The notes below the pieces were generated by a model. That model was not told where the DNA came from and searched no databases. It saw nothing but the letters and a program-made list of their open reading frames with translations. DNA of 64,000 bases from Octopus sinensis (Eukaryota), in the NCBI RefSeq assembly GCF_006345805.1, contig NC_043003.1, forward strand, positions 81,406,001 to 81,470,000. Direction: 5' to 3'. Shown piece by piece: positions 1 through 13,233 of this stretch. The position numbers were made by a program, and so were the translations under genes. How positions within the stretch are numbered: position 1 is the first letter of the stretch; the number at the start of each line of letters is the position of its first letter.

Positions 1-261
1 ACACAGCCACTCCATATGTATGTATAAATATATGTATGTATGTATGTATATATAAAGGAAAGAATAAATAAAGTTAAAAGGAAGAGGGATACACACACAC
101 ACACACACACACACACATTCATATGGATGAATGATTGAATGGCATCATTCCCTTAGCTGAGGATCACTATCTTTGGACAAAACCAATACTTTCCTATCAG
201 ATATTGCACTCATCCGCTGTGCTCATACATTTCACAAGGAACTACTTTGCTCAATCTTTGA

Positions 262-455
262 TATCAATGCTGTTTCATTGTGGAAAAACTACAAGACATG
301 TTTTTATCTCAGAACATTCCATTTTACCTAGCATTTGTAAATCTGGAGAAACACTTTGATAAGGTGTCATAATCTGTAGTGTTGTGAAAGATAAAAAAAA
401 TACTAAGTTAAGAAAGATAATGAGATTCATTAAAGCCATGTAATAAGATATAGTC
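262..455 (+). pseudogene. Decayed RTE-clade LINE reverse transcriptase fragment
   Basis: Manual translation across a frameshift gives IVEKLQDMFLSQNIPFYLAFVNLEKHFDKV*, matching the RT motif RQLQEK..LYLAFVDLEKAFDRV. Confidence 0.6.
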
Positions 456-540
456 AGTGAAAGCCAATTAGCGGAAACTACAAATTTCCAAACATGTTGA
501 GGCACCTGTTTCGTCAGTCAACAAATATTCTTTGAACACG

Positions 541-925
541 CTCTCACGCACGCACACACACAATGCTCGGTCACGCACACATACACTCACACACACAAAC
601 ACACACACATATACGTACACACATATGTATGTACACGCACACACACACACATACACACAAGCACACGCATAGGCACACATGCACACATACAAATATGCAT
701 ATACATACACACACAATGCTCGGGCATGCACACATACACTCACACACAAACACACACATATATACGTACACACACATATACGTACACACATATGTATGTA
801 CGCACACACACACATATATGTACACACACACACACATAAATGCGTGCACACACACACACACACACAAGCACATACATAGGCACACATGCACACATACAAA
901 TATGCATATACATACACACACACTA
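541..925. repeat. CA-derived higher-order tandem repeat
   Basis: caatgctcgg recurs at 561 and 714; aggcacacatgcacacatacaaatatgcatatacatac recurs at about 671 and 878, within a (CA)n background. Confidence 0.8.
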
Positions 926-1600
926 ATATATACATTTCAGTTTTGTATGATATAATCGATATGGGGAAGTATGCATGGTGCCACTAAAACATCCAAGGCT
1001 AATGAGATCAACACAGTTGATGTTCAGATTCAGCATCTGTAGACAGCAGGCAAAATCACGAGCAGTTAAGAAAATCAAAGGAAATGGAAAAGGCCTTTGG
1101 GAAGTGCCTACAGGATGAGACTCAGTAAGGATGGCAAAACAAGGAGAAATGTATTTGTGTGCCAAAAGTATGCAACAGGCTTGTCCAGAAGACCAAGGTC
1201 ATTGTACATGTGATAGGAATCAAAAGAAAGAAAAAAGAAAAGAGATCTTAAGTTTTGCCCAGAGTTCAAAATGTATGGGTGAGTGAGAATTTACCAGTTA
1301 GTCTTCACAATGTAGCTTAGAACATTTGAGTCAGAAGCCCCTTTGCAAGTACTACATTTTAGGTCGTAGTTTAGCTTTGCAAAAGTTCAGTAAATGATCG
1401 GAACAGAAAAACGTCTTTGGTCATAGCAGTAGGTTACCACTAGGATGCTAGTTTATTGATGTTAGCCTTACATGGTCAACAAGGAAGATCACCAGGTAAG
1501 GTAAGGCTTGATATTTCAGTTGAATTAAAACTGTGTGTTTGTCCAAGATAAAAGTGAGGATCTATGTATACAGATTGCATATTAATATACAAGTATGTTA

Positions 1601-1810
1601 AGATGGTGAGCTGGCAGTATAAGTAGCACTCTGGGGGAAATGCTTTGTAGCATTTTGTCTGCCTTTACATTCTGAGTTCAAATTCTACTGAAGTCAACTT
1701 TGCTTTACATCCTTTTGTGGCCAATAAAATAAGTACTAGTTGAACACCAGGGTTAACATAATTAACTAACCCCCTCCCCCGAAATTGCTGACCTTATGCC
1801 AAAATTGGCA
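1601..1810 (+). mobile_element. SINE family C copy
   Basis: tRNA-like head (gagctggcag..gagttcaaattc) and central gtcaactttgctttacatcctttt..aataaaataagtac; homologous to copies at 46764, 47325 and 60735. Confidence 0.65.
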
Positions 1811-1819
1811 TATGTATAT

Positions 1820-1851
<32 letters not shown>

Positions 1852-1964
1852 TCTTGAGAACACATTCTTCATGGAAAATGGCAACTTGACATCTATATCT
1901 AACATACACGCTGTCCACTTTTAGTGGTCAGTCCTCTAAATTTTGTATATATATATATGTGTGT

Positions 1965-2168
1965 GTGTGTGACTGCGTGTATATTGTTGGCGATTTTCTT
2001 TCTCCGTCTTCCCTTCTTTGGACTTCCTCTATATTTCTGACTAAGAGCTCCATTTAAAACGTGAAATCCTCCTTCTTTCTTTCCTTTCCTGGGCGTCCAA
2101 TAAAACTGTACTTATTCCACATCCTCACGTTGTTGTGTTTTCTCTTTGTTCATGTTTGGATTAACTAC
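1965..2168 (+). mobile_element. Penelope-like terminal repeat with degenerate hammerhead motif
   Basis: ttt-CTGAcTA-agagc-tcc-attt-aAAAC-gtg-aaa at 2034-2066 resembles a decayed version of the 12519-12560 fold; the 3' end abuts (TA)n. Confidence 0.4.
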
Positions 2169-2189
2169 ATATATATATATATATCACAG

Positions 2190-2335
2190 GGTCATCCAGT
2201 TACAGCTGAGGGAACTGGAGCAACCTAAAATGTAGTGTTTTGATCAAGAACACAACACAGTCTTGGTTTGGAAATGGAACCCATGATCTAACAATCATGA
2301 GTCCAACACTCTAACCACTAGGCCACGTGTCTTCC
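2190..2335 (-). mobile_element. SINE family B, 5' part
   Basis: Reverse strand reads acacgtggcctagtggttagagtgttggactcatg (A box) followed by gtgttcttgatcaaaacact. Confidence 0.6.
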
Positions 2336-2904
2336 CCCCACACACACACATATAAATTTGTGTGTGAGTGTGTGTGTGTATGTGTGTGTGTTTGTATATC
2401 TATGTATATATGTATATTTCATGATTGTAATAGTTGTGAAATATACATACATTGATTTATATTTGGTATGGACATTACCTGATAGAGAATGTTCATACCT
2501 TAGGTAGTGGAGTAGACAAATCAGCATTTTTTTTTATTAAAGGAAAAGTGATGGTCCACATGGGTTTCATTCAAAAGCCAGCTGAACGGGATCAGTGTTT
2601 TACTTTACTTTTCATCACGGATAGGAGGGCACTGGGATTTTCTGGGAAGGTGGCAGTTATTCATTGTATTTCAGAGTTTAAAAATGGAGTGAAGTGTGAA
2701 TCTGTGTAAAATATTTTTAATTTTTTTCTTTTTTGGCTTTGGTAAATATCTGCAAACTTGTAATACAGAGGGTGCATGTTTGCAGAGGTGAGCATAGTAA
2801 CTCACTGGTGTATGTATTCACACACATACACATACACAGATATACAAATATTTTACAGATAGGGATTTTCATAGACAGCTAGTCTACTCTTCGATGAAAC
2901 CCTT

Positions 2905-3325
2905 TATGACTGGGTGAGGACAGAACCATGAAGAACATCAAAATTCATACTAAATTCATTGATGAACTCCTTGTTGACTCTTACTTTACATATTACACCA
3001 TTATTCATAGATTGGACAGCCTGCACAAGCTGTACATCTCTACCAAATTTTCTTAGTTTTGACCAGATTTCTAAGCATGAAAATCTCTGTCAATGAATAT
3101 CAGGAAAAGTGGTTTATACTATATATCCTATTTGGAAGATTGTATCTGTAGTGCCTTTACCTGGCACAAGGCCAAACTGTATTTCAGATAGGTTGACTCA
3201 GTTACAGATCAACTCTGCTATAATTCTTTTTGTAACCTTCATAGTCTTGGTTGAACAATTTGATGGCACTATAATTTTCTCTGTCTAAGGCATTTTTTTC
3301 ACTCCTTTACGCTTGTAGCACTTTG
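2905..3325 (-). pseudogene. Decayed RTE-clade LINE RT fragment
   Basis: Frameshifted translation: LDRENYSAIKLF..MKVTKRIIAELI..EIQFGLVPGKGTTDTIF..IWSKLRKFG..VQAVQSM..KVRVN..VLHGSVL. Confidence 0.75.
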
Positions 3326-3446
3326 CATTGTTGCTACTACCCCATATATTAGAACGCATGCATGTGTGTGTGTGTGTATGTGTATATATATATATATATA
3401 TATATACACATTTATGTATGCATGTATGTATGCATCTATCTATCTA

Positions 3447-3482
<36 letters not shown>

Positions 3483-3579
3483 CATCTCAATAACTATTTT
3501 CATATGTCTGTGCACACCTTGAATGCAATGTATACCAGAAGGTTTGCAAATCTAATGGAGGCCCCAAAAGACATTTTAA

Positions 3580-3945
3580 TATCCACACACACCTCTAGCA
3601 GTTTAACCTGTTTGTCGGCCCAGTGTCCAACGATGCAGATGCTGTTGGATGGCATGGCCCTACCTCTCCAGGTGCCGAGCTGCAAGCCCACTGACTTTTC
3701 CAAGTTAATTTTTGTTCCTGCTACTGCTTTGTAATCTTTTAGTGTCTCGCCGACCAAGTCAATATACCTGTGGCTCAATACTATGATGGTGACATCGTCC
3801 ACATATGCAAACACACCCCTCCTGCATCTCAGTTCCTGCAGGATGCCACACAGTGTTGCCAGCTTCTGCAGTAGTGGCTCTAGAGTCAATGCATACAAAA
3901 GCGATGAGAGGGTGCATCCTTGATAGACCGAACACGTGATGATAA
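3580..3945 (-). pseudogene. L1/Tx1-clade LINE RT fragment
   Basis: SVYQGCTLSSLLYALTLEPLL..AYVDDVT..KINLEKS, i.e. the QGCPLSP, YADD and KIN.EKS motifs (ORF 3500..3898). Confidence 0.8.
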
Positions 3946-4400
3946 ATGAGACAGACAGACAGACAGACAGATAGATAGCTGTTTTTATGTCTGTATTGAT
4001 GCTATGTTTTAATGATAGACTATATTTCCTGCTACAAAGTGTTCTTCATGATAATATCGATGATGTATATATTTTGTATCAATCATTACTTTAAGTAAAT
4101 GTTTTGTGATAAAGTGAATTCTTATAATTTTGTGCTATTGTTATTAATATACAAAATCCAGATATATTTTAAACAAACAATACAAGAATGTTTCAAAAAG
4201 AATCACAAGATTTGCACATTTTTTTTTTCTCCCCGAATAAGTGAAGGAGACTAAACTTATGCTGTACAGTGTGGAAACATGAGAATTATTACAGTTTGAA
4301 ATTAAATATCAAAATTTTTAAAAATCAATTTAAAAGAGACACTGATGTGTTTTCTCAGATACACAGCTCAAAATACACATAAAACTTTTGATAAATAGTC

Positions 4401-4436
<36 letters not shown>

Positions 4437-5797
4437 TCTCACTTGCTTCATTTTTCTTTTCTTACCTCTCTCTTGCTCATATGATTTCTATTTCAAATGC
4501 GTGCATATTTGTGGAGATATATTCAAAATTGCATTCATACTTACACATTCGGAACTTTGACCTTCTTCTGCCTTGATAAGCATTACTCGAATATTATCAC
4601 TTGAGCAATATATCTACATAAATCAAAGCTGCTAAATAATTCCCTTGTCTTTTGAGATTCTTTACATATTTTTATATTGATATTTTTAAAATTCTCACAC
4701 CAAAATATTACAAACTGGAAACATACATCCATATATACATCCAAATATTTCTATATGCACTTTTCTGTGCAAGAAAGCAAGTGTATACATACATAGCTTC
4801 ATTGAAATGTAAAAAGAGTAAAAAAAAAAAAACAGATTTGAATATCATAAATCTATATTTATGTAAACATACATACACCAAACTATGAATCATTCACTTT
4901 CCTTTTATATACATTTGTATTTCTACATTTAAAAGATATGTACTCAAAATTTAAAGTATATTAAAAGATAAATCCAAAAATAAAAATGTATAAAATTACA
5001 AACACATTTATTTTAAGCCATAATACAATTTTAAATAATTTAATTCCAGTCTTGGGAAAAATACATCTGTCAGAAATTTAAGCTCTAATAAAACACAAGT
5101 AATATTTTACACTGCCATAAATTCAGGATTACCATTTCTTAACTATCAACACAATATTTTATATCTTTTCAGCTCATAAATTCTTCAACCTATTTCTCTT
5201 GTCATTGCTTTAAAACAGTGTTATTCATCATGTTCAAAATGTGGTCAAGATTTCCCTAAACTTAACCATTCCCATGGTATTAAGCACTTTCATGCCATAC
5301 TCTGTGCTTCTGAGACTCATAATATTATTTATATTCCACCATTACAGTATAGAAAATGGTTGCCAGGAGCCCTTTCAACAATGTTTCACCTTTACTATTT
5401 AACTTCTCAGTATTGCTTGCACATAAAACACCTTTGTTAATGAATTTCAACATAGGCACAAGGGCTCAACTTTTGGTGAAGGGGTATACTCATTTAAGGT
5501 AAATCTCCATCTCCTAAACTGGGTCCATATCATATAGATACTAAAAGTTTGAACGGCTTTACCAGCACTAGTACGGTTTGAAATCAGAGAGAAAAGAGCT
5601 GTAAGCAAATATTGTAGCATATTTTACTAGACACTACCATTTCTGGCACTATGTAATTTAATGTAAAATTTATTGCTGAAGTACACAATAATAACAACCT
5701 AGTTTGTTAAAATATGTTATGATATGCTTTACTCAAACTGATTCTACAATGTATGAAGTAAGTTGTTCAGAAATTATTATATTCTATGTTGTCAAAT

Positions 5798-6115
5798 GGT
5801 GGAGGCACAGTGGCCCAGTGGTTAGGGCAGCGGACTCGTGGTCGGAGGATCACGGCTTCAATTCCCAGACTGGGTGTTGTGTGTGTTTATTGAGCGAAAA
5901 CACCTAAAGCTCCATGAGGCTCTAGCAGAGGGTGGTGGCGACCCCTGTTGTACTCTTTCGCCCCAAATTTCTCTCACTCTTTCTTCCTGTTTCTTGAGAA
6001 ACGCTGCGATGGACTGGCATCCTGTCCAGCTAGTGGGGTGGGGAACATATACTCTATAGAAACCAGGGAAACCAGGCTCATGAGCCTAGCTAGGCTTGAA
6101 AAGGGTGAGAACAAA
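5798..6115 (+). mobile_element. SINE family B, full-length
   Basis: tRNA head tggcccagtggttagg..cttcaattccc, body gcgatggactggcatcctgtccag, tail gaaaccaggctcatgagcc; homologous to 29277-29578. Confidence 0.8.
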
Positions 6116-6859
6116 ATTGTAGTCAAAAGTCTGTGGGCTTCGTTCACCTTTTCTTTAATTCTGTCTGATCTGGTTGCTATAAACTAATTGGTGTATCCTT
6201 ACACAATGATAAATGAAAATGTATCAATTTACCCCATAGTGAAGATTAATCTGAATAATAAAAGTACTAACACATCAGCATTTACCTTAGAGAAGTAAAG
6301 GCCAAAAATGTGCCAAGTATTCAAATATCTGTGTACCTGATTTAATGTATACCTAATCACAATGACTTTATATAGTTTTACAGTGGTTAGTTATGATAAG
6401 GGGTTCCTTATGAGAATGTAATGACATTAAACATATAGTCCAGTCAATCCTACTTTTCCTGTCCACAGTGAGATTGTATGAATATGGCATATTTTTATGA
6501 TCGTCTAATGTATCATGTATATTTAATTAACTTACAAATACAGTGACAGCTGAAATCTATGGACTTACTTCAAAGCAAAACTCTATTAACACTAAATTGT
6601 AAAGTAAGATCTTCCACTCTAAATGTATACATACAAATATACATATACACACACATATATATATAAATATATATATACACACACACACACATATATATAA
6701 AGATATATAAATATATGTATATATACTCACACCATTGGCTTTGCTGTCTCATTTTGTCTAATATATATATATATATAATGTGTGTCTGTCTGTGTATATA
6801 TATTTGTCTAGTATATATATTTATATACACACACACGTGCATCTATATATATTTATATA

Positions 6860-7172
6860 TATTAGACAAAATGAGTCAACAAAGCCAAGGCTGTGAGTAG
6901 TTTTCAGGACATTTATAAAGAAAGAGATATAGAGATAGTCTTACAGCTGTTTCTAGGATATTATGGATATCCCTTCATCAGAGACAATGTGAGATGTTTA
7001 AATAGAGGTAAATATCTGAGTTCGAAATAAGGAATTATTATGGAAAAGGAGGAGATAGGGAATAGAGAGGGAAATAAGAGAATGACAGTGGGAATAAAAT
7101 ATAAAATATTTAAGGATATTGTAGTCACAGTTCCATTATTTAAGGAAAGTTGTGTATAGAAGTGGTAAAAAC
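6860..7172 (-). mobile_element. Penelope-like non-coding terminal repeat
   Basis: Contains a hammerhead motif; 3' end abuts (TA)n; its last ~45 nt recur in inverted orientation at about 6722-6765. Confidence 0.55.
6938..6985 (-). ncRNA. Minimal type-I hammerhead ribozyme motif
   Basis: GTCT-CTGATGA-a-GGGATAT-ccata-ATATCCT-a-GAA-ACAGCTGT-A-AGAC: canonical core, 7-bp stem II, palindromic stem III, GUA site, 4-bp stem I. Confidence 0.65.
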
Positions 7173-7176
7173 GTGT

Positions 7177-7210
<34 letters not shown>

Positions 7211-7354
7211 ATATATGTATGTGTGTATATATATACATATACATATATATACATACGTATTTATACATATATATACATACATATTTATACATATATATAT
7301 ATATATATATTTATATACATGTGTGTATATGTATGTCTGTGTGTATGTGTATTG

Positions 7355-7545
7355 ACATCATCATCTTAATTTAATGTCTCTTTTCCATATTTGTATGGGT
7401 TGAATGGTTCAAATGGAACCCAATAGGCTGCATCAAGCTCCAGTCTGCTTTGGCATGGTTTGGTTTCTACATCTGGATGTTCTTCCTGATGTCAGCCACT
7501 TTACAAAGTGTACATGGTGCCTCTTACATGACACCAGCTCTAATG
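7355..7545 (-). mobile_element. RTE-type 3' tail fragment
   Basis: Ends in (GAT)n on the minus strand; similar to 28836-29268. Confidence 0.5.
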
Positions 7546-7576
7546 ATATAAATATATATATCTATATATATATATA

Positions 7577-7623
<47 letters not shown>

Positions 7624-7649
7624 TTATTTATTTATATATATCAATTATT

Positions 7650-7891
7650 TTATTCTTTAATTGGTTTCAGCAATTTGATTGTGGCCATGCTGGAGTACCA
7701 CCTTAAAGGGTTTTATAGTTGAAGAAATTGACCTTAGGACTTATTCTTTGTAAGCCTAGTACTTATTCTATTGGTCTCTTATGCTGAATTCCTAAGTTAT
7801 GGGGACATAAACACACAAACATTAGTTGTCATGTAATGGTAGGTGGACAAATACAGACACAAAGATACACGTACATAAATATATACATATG

Positions 7892-7938
<47 letters not shown>

Positions 7939-8445
7939 TATATATCTGTGTGTGTGTGTGTGTGTATATGTTTGGGTGTCTGTGTTTGTCCTCCCAACAT
8001 CACATGACAATCGATGCTGGTGTATTTACATCACTGTAACTTAGCAGTTTGGCAAAAGAGACCGATAAAATAAGTACTAAGCTTACAAAGAATAAATCCT
8101 GGGATCGATTTGCTCGACTAAAGGCGGTGCTCCAGCATGGCCACAGTCAAATGACTGAAACAAGTAAAAGAGTAACCCTTGTACTTATTCTCTTGGCCCT
8201 TTTTGCTGAACTGCAAAGTTATAGGGATATAAACACATCAATATCATCAAGTGATTGTGGGGGACAAACACAGATGCACACATTAGCTATATACATGTAT
8301 TCAACAAGCATCTTTTTGTTTCTATCTACCAAATCCACACAAAAAGCTTTCGCCAACCCAAGGCTATAGTAGAACACACTTGCCCAAGATGCCACACAGT
8401 AAGGCTGAATGAACTTAGAACCATGTGGTTGAGAAACAAGCTTCT
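7650..8445. mobile_element. Cluster of three SINE family A fragments (-,+,-)
   Basis: Diagnostic aataagtactaggcttacaaagaataa and ccagcatggccacagtcaaatgactgaaacaagtaaaag motifs in alternating orientation. Confidence 0.8.
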
Positions 8446-9504
8446 TGCCTTTTATACACTATCATCATTATACGTGTGTCAGTCCAAATATATTGGCAAT
8501 GTGTATCTGTTTACATTCTGAGTAAGGAGATAGTATGAAAGTTAGAGATTCTCAAATGTGGAACTGTGAGTTGGTGAGTAAAAGAAATAAAAGTAAAATG
8601 AAAATGAGAATAAGGATGAGACATTTTGTCACCTAGCTCTGACTAGTATATAAAGAAAGAGTGAGAGTGGGAGAAAATGAACAGGATTTGGTGTAAGAGA
8701 TATTCACTTTATTTTGGTTGAAGTAGGATGAGAAATTTGAACAATATGAACAATGAAAATGCAGTGATAAATACAAAGAACTTTTTGTGGAACTTGAAAT
8801 TTTACTATTAATATTCTGATAAAAGAACTTCTGGAATATTGATTAATTATATGTAAACCCTTCAATGTTTTGTAAATAATACAATAGTACTTGTGTAAAT
8901 ATAGTGCCATCATTTCTAATTAAATTTTTATAGTTTTCATTAAAACTATTCAATGGATCAGTAAAGAAGCTGTCTCTTTTTGCAGCTAAGTGCTTATATA
9001 TCATTGCAATCCATCATTTTCAGCAGGTGTTATGCACTATCACACTTGCAAATTATTGGTCTCACTGTTTTGACAAAGATTAAATTGTAATGTGTTACTA
9101 TTATAAAGGCCAAAGTCTTTAGTAAAAACAAATTGTCTATATGTTTCTCTCATAGCTTTTGAACAGATGCACAATTCTCTATAATTAATAAAATTGCCAT
9201 CATGTTTGATGACATGGGTTCACAACAGAATGTGTATAAATGTTGATGTGTGTGTGTGTATGAATATACGTATGTATGCATGAATGCATGCAGGCATGTA
9301 TGTATGTCTGAATGTATGAATGCATGTATGCATATAAGACACTTCCCAACCAGATGATGCTGGGTTCCATCCCACTGTATGGCACCTTGGGCAAGTATCA
9401 TCTATTATAGCAATAACCTGAGGTTAACCAGTTTCTTTTGAATGCATTTGGTAGATGGAAACTGAAATATGCCCATGGTATAATGATGATGATATGTATA
9501 TATT

Positions 9505-9902
9505 CTCTTATTGTTTTATCTGTTTAGTTATTTGAGTGTGGGCATGCTGGGGCACTACCATTAGTTAAACAAATCGACCCCAGGACTTATTCTTTGTAAG
9601 CCTTTTGTACTTATTTTATCGATCACTTTTGCTGAGCTGCTAAGTAACAGTGGCATAAACTCACCAAAATCAGTTGTCAAGTGTCAAGCGAAGGGAGGGG
9701 GGACAAACACACACACATAAATATAAACATACAGATATATATATACAACAGGCTTCTTTCACTTTCCATTTACAAAATCCATTCACAAGGCTTTGGTGAG
9801 CCTGTGGCTATAGTAGAAGACACTTGCCTGAGGTGCCATGCAGTGGGACTGAACCTGGAGCCATGTTGTTGGAAGCGAGCTACTTACCACAAAGCCACTC
9901 CT
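9505..9902 (-). mobile_element. SINE family A, full-length
   Basis: Head (reverse complement of gcaggagtggctttgtggtaagtagc) through tail, with the internal microsatellite. Confidence 0.8.
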
Positions 9903-9929
9903 GCACACACACATATATATGTATATATA

Positions 9930-10160
9930 GTGAGAATTTACCAAAAAACAAAAGACGGGTGTGTAAACAACAAACAGATATACTAGTTTAATGCTCGGGA
10001 AGTGATAAAGTGTTTTAAATTTCAAGCTTACGTTCTTCAACAGAAAGGAACACAGAAATAAACAGGGAGAGAAAATAGAAAAAGGTTTAGTTGCTAACGA
10101 TCTATCATGGCGAATGCCGGACAGAGGTGTCACACAGGAGAGCCAGGAAGAAGGGGAAAT
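9930..10160 (-). mobile_element. Penelope-like family P1 copy with decayed CUGUUGA hammerhead
   Basis: Minus strand cttt-CTGTTGA-agaac-gtaa-gctt-GAAAt-tta-aaa at 10013-10047; homologous to 12428 and 61575. Confidence 0.55.
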
Positions 10161-10191
<31 letters not shown>

Positions 10192-10192
10192 A

Positions 10193-10445
10193 GTGGAGGT
10201 ATGTGGCTCAGTGGTTAGGGTGTCAGCATCATGATCGTAACATTGTGGTTTCAATTCCTGGACCAGGCAACACGTTGTGTTCTTGAGCAAAACACTTCAT
10301 TTCACATTGCTCCAGTCCACTTAGCTGGCAAAAATGAGTAACGCTGCGATAGACTGGCATCCTGCCCAGCTGGGGAACACATACGTCATAGAATACAGGA
10401 AACCAGGCCCATGAGCCTAGCTAGGCTTTAAAAAGGGTGCATTTA
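10193..10445 (+). mobile_element. SINE family B
   Basis: gtggctcagtggttagggtg..ggtttcaattcc head and gtgttcttgagcaaaacact body. Confidence 0.75.
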
Positions 10446-11099
10446 TTATTATTATATGTGTGTGTTTACGTCCCCATAGCTTATGGTTAGGTAAAATTGA
10501 ACAATAGAATAAGTATCAGGCTTTAAAAGAAAAACAGATACTGGAGTTGAATCATTTAACCAAAATTCTTCAAGGAGGTGCCCCAGCATGGCCACAGTCT
10601 AATGACTGAAACAAATAAAATAAATGCAGGTGTGTGACAGTGTATGTATATACACTCACACACCTGTGTAAATGTGTATATGTGTGTGACTGAGTGTATG
10701 TCTATGTATGTGTATTTATACATAATGAATGTGAATCAAGTCATTGCTTATTCAAGTTACGGCCCTCATACTGGATTCGAAGACAGCCTCTTCCTTATGA
10801 ATTATAGATGGCAAAGTAACAAAAACAATAGGATATCAGAATAAGGAGACAAAATGATTGACAGAAGGGAACCAAATATCTATATTTTACATCTCTGTTT
10901 CCATCAATAAATATGACCATCAACAGTTTTACATCCTTTTTTTATTTTCTTGCCTGAAATAAGCTGGGTAAGTTTTACCAGCACAGGCTGGGAAATTGCC
11001 AGGTGAGGATATAAGGCTTGTAAGAGCTATGCAATGTATGTACAGAAATTCTCTCAGTTAGGTGAGAGTTAACAATAAATTCAATGAGGAAGTTAACAT

Positions 11100-12067
11100 A
11101 TTCTTTTATTCTTTTATATTTTACTTGTTTCAGTCATTTTACTGTGGTCATGCTGGAGCACTGCTTTCAATGGTGTTTTAGTTGAAGTCATCTACCCACA
11201 AGACTTACTCTTTGAAAGCCTAGTACTTATTCTATCAGTCTGGTCTCTTTCACCAAAGTTACGGAGATGTAAACACAGACACAAAGACACACACATGTAA
11301 ATATATACATACATACAATAGGCTTCTTTCAGTTTCTGTTAACCAAATCCATTCACAAGGCTTTGGTCAGCCTACGGCTGTTGTAGAAGACACTTGCTCA
11401 AAGTGCCATGCAGCAGGAGTGAACCCAGAACCATGTGATTGGGAAGCAAATTTTTTACCACGCAGTCATGTCTGTTTACCACGCAGTCATGTCTTCATTT
11501 ACATAGCTGAATCTGTCAAAGAATTTACGAAGAAATTTCAAATGTAGACATAAAACCTAGAATCATTAGTAGACATAACACATGAAATGTTTTAGCAAGA
11601 AACAGGATAAGTATCAAGTCATCTGAATAGTGGCCATGAACAATATGCAGCAAAGTACTCTTACTTGTTTCAGTCACTTGACTGTAGCCATGCTGGAGCA
11701 CTACCTTTAGTCGAGCAAATCGACCCCAGGACTTATCCTTTGTAGACCTAGAACTTATTCTATCGGTCTCTTTTGCCGAAACCGCTAAGTTACGGGGACG
11801 TAAATACACCAGCATCAGTTGTCAAGCGATGCTAGGACACAGACACACAAACACAGACACATAAATACACACACACACATAAATGATATATATATACATA
11901 TATACGACAGGCTTCTTACAGTTTCCATCTACCAAATCCACTCACAAGGCTTTGGCCAGCCTGAGGCTATAGTAGAAGACACTTGCCCAAGGTGCCACGC
12001 AGTGGGACTGAACCTGGAAACATGTGGTTGGTAAGCAAGCTACTTACCACACAGCTACTCCTGTGCC
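11100..12067 (-). mobile_element. Two SINE family A copies (11100-11470 and 11658-12067)
   Basis: Both match the family A head, body and tail; the second is close to the family consensus seen in this window. Confidence 0.85.
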
Positions 12068-12371
12068 TATCTGCACTATTTTATAAAATCTATTCATGCA
12101 TCATAGGATGCAGTGAGATCACATGTATGTTGAGGAAAGAAGGATTTCATATGTTGCAGATATACAGGTGCATTTAGCTGTTAGCTGTTAGAGCTCCCAT
12201 CAAGTAATTTCAAATACTCAGAGCATCCTTGGATGTAACTGATAGCTTCCTTTATCTTTGAGAGCAAATTCTTAGTGGTAGAAAGCATTTCAAAATCATT
12301 GCAGCCAAAATAAGAAATGTGTGTAAAAATTTCGATGAGTTCTTGCCCTGTTCTGGTAACAATATTTACAG

Positions 12372-12417
<46 letters not shown>

Positions 12418-12427
12418 TATATATATA

Positions 12428-12599
12428 GGAAGAATTTACGAAAAAAACAACAAAAGAGAAAGACAGGTGGTGTACAAAACAAACAGATGTATTAGTGTAA
12501 GGCTCAGGAATAGAAAAAGTCTTTTACGTTTCGAGCCTACGCTCTTCTACAGAAAGGGACACAGAAAAAAGATGTGTGTAGTGGCTAACGATCTATCAT

Positions 12600-12601
<2 letters not shown>
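12428..12601 (-). mobile_element. Penelope-like family P1 copy inside (TA)n
   Basis: Flanked by (TA)n on both sides; carries the best-preserved P1 hammerhead. Confidence 0.6.
12519..12560 (-). ncRNA. Minimal hammerhead-like motif, A6U core variant
   Basis: gtcc-CTTT-CTGTAGA-a-GAGC-gtag-GCTC-GAA-ACGT-A-AAAG-ac: stems I and II intact, palindromic ACGT stem III, GUA site. Confidence 0.55.
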
Positions 12602-12646
<45 letters not shown>

Positions 12647-13233
12647 GAAGATATATACAAAGACATATGCATATATATATTTATATATATATACATACAT
12701 ATAAAGATACACACACACACACAAACATACATGTAAATCAACAAACCTAATATAAATATAGAAGAAAAAAGGTGAATAAGAAGTTTCAATATAGCATTTA
12801 TTTATTAAATGTCATATTTTCATTGCAAGGCAATGGTGTCATTATATCAAAATCCAATTAAATTAAGAATCAGAGAGAAAAATAGAAAAGATGAACAACT
12901 CTACATTTCAAAGATAAATTGGGGATGATTTACCATCTGTCAACTTATAAATAAACAGTATATCAGTCCTTTTTTTTAGTGCCTTTATTTCTAAAAGTTA
13001 TTCTGTTTGTATCTGTAAATATTTACAAGTATATACTAAAGATTATTTATTCACTTTAATACCATTTTCTTTTCTTGTATGTTACATCTATTTATAAAGT
13101 TAATTACAATATGTTCTAACTTTCTAGATTTTGTATATTTACTTCTTTGTGTTTTTCTCTCTGCTGCAGCAAACCAAGTTACTGTTAACATTATCTCCCT
13201 TTATCATGAAATCACTGGTCTATTACTATATTG

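Noticed and set aside
5798-5875. tRNA-like sequences at SINE heads as tRNA genes
   Set aside because: They continue into SINE bodies and lack a complete cloverleaf.
12075-12375. ORF MTVNIVTRTGQELIEIF.. as a host exon
   Set aside because: No recognisable domain and no convincing splice-site pair.
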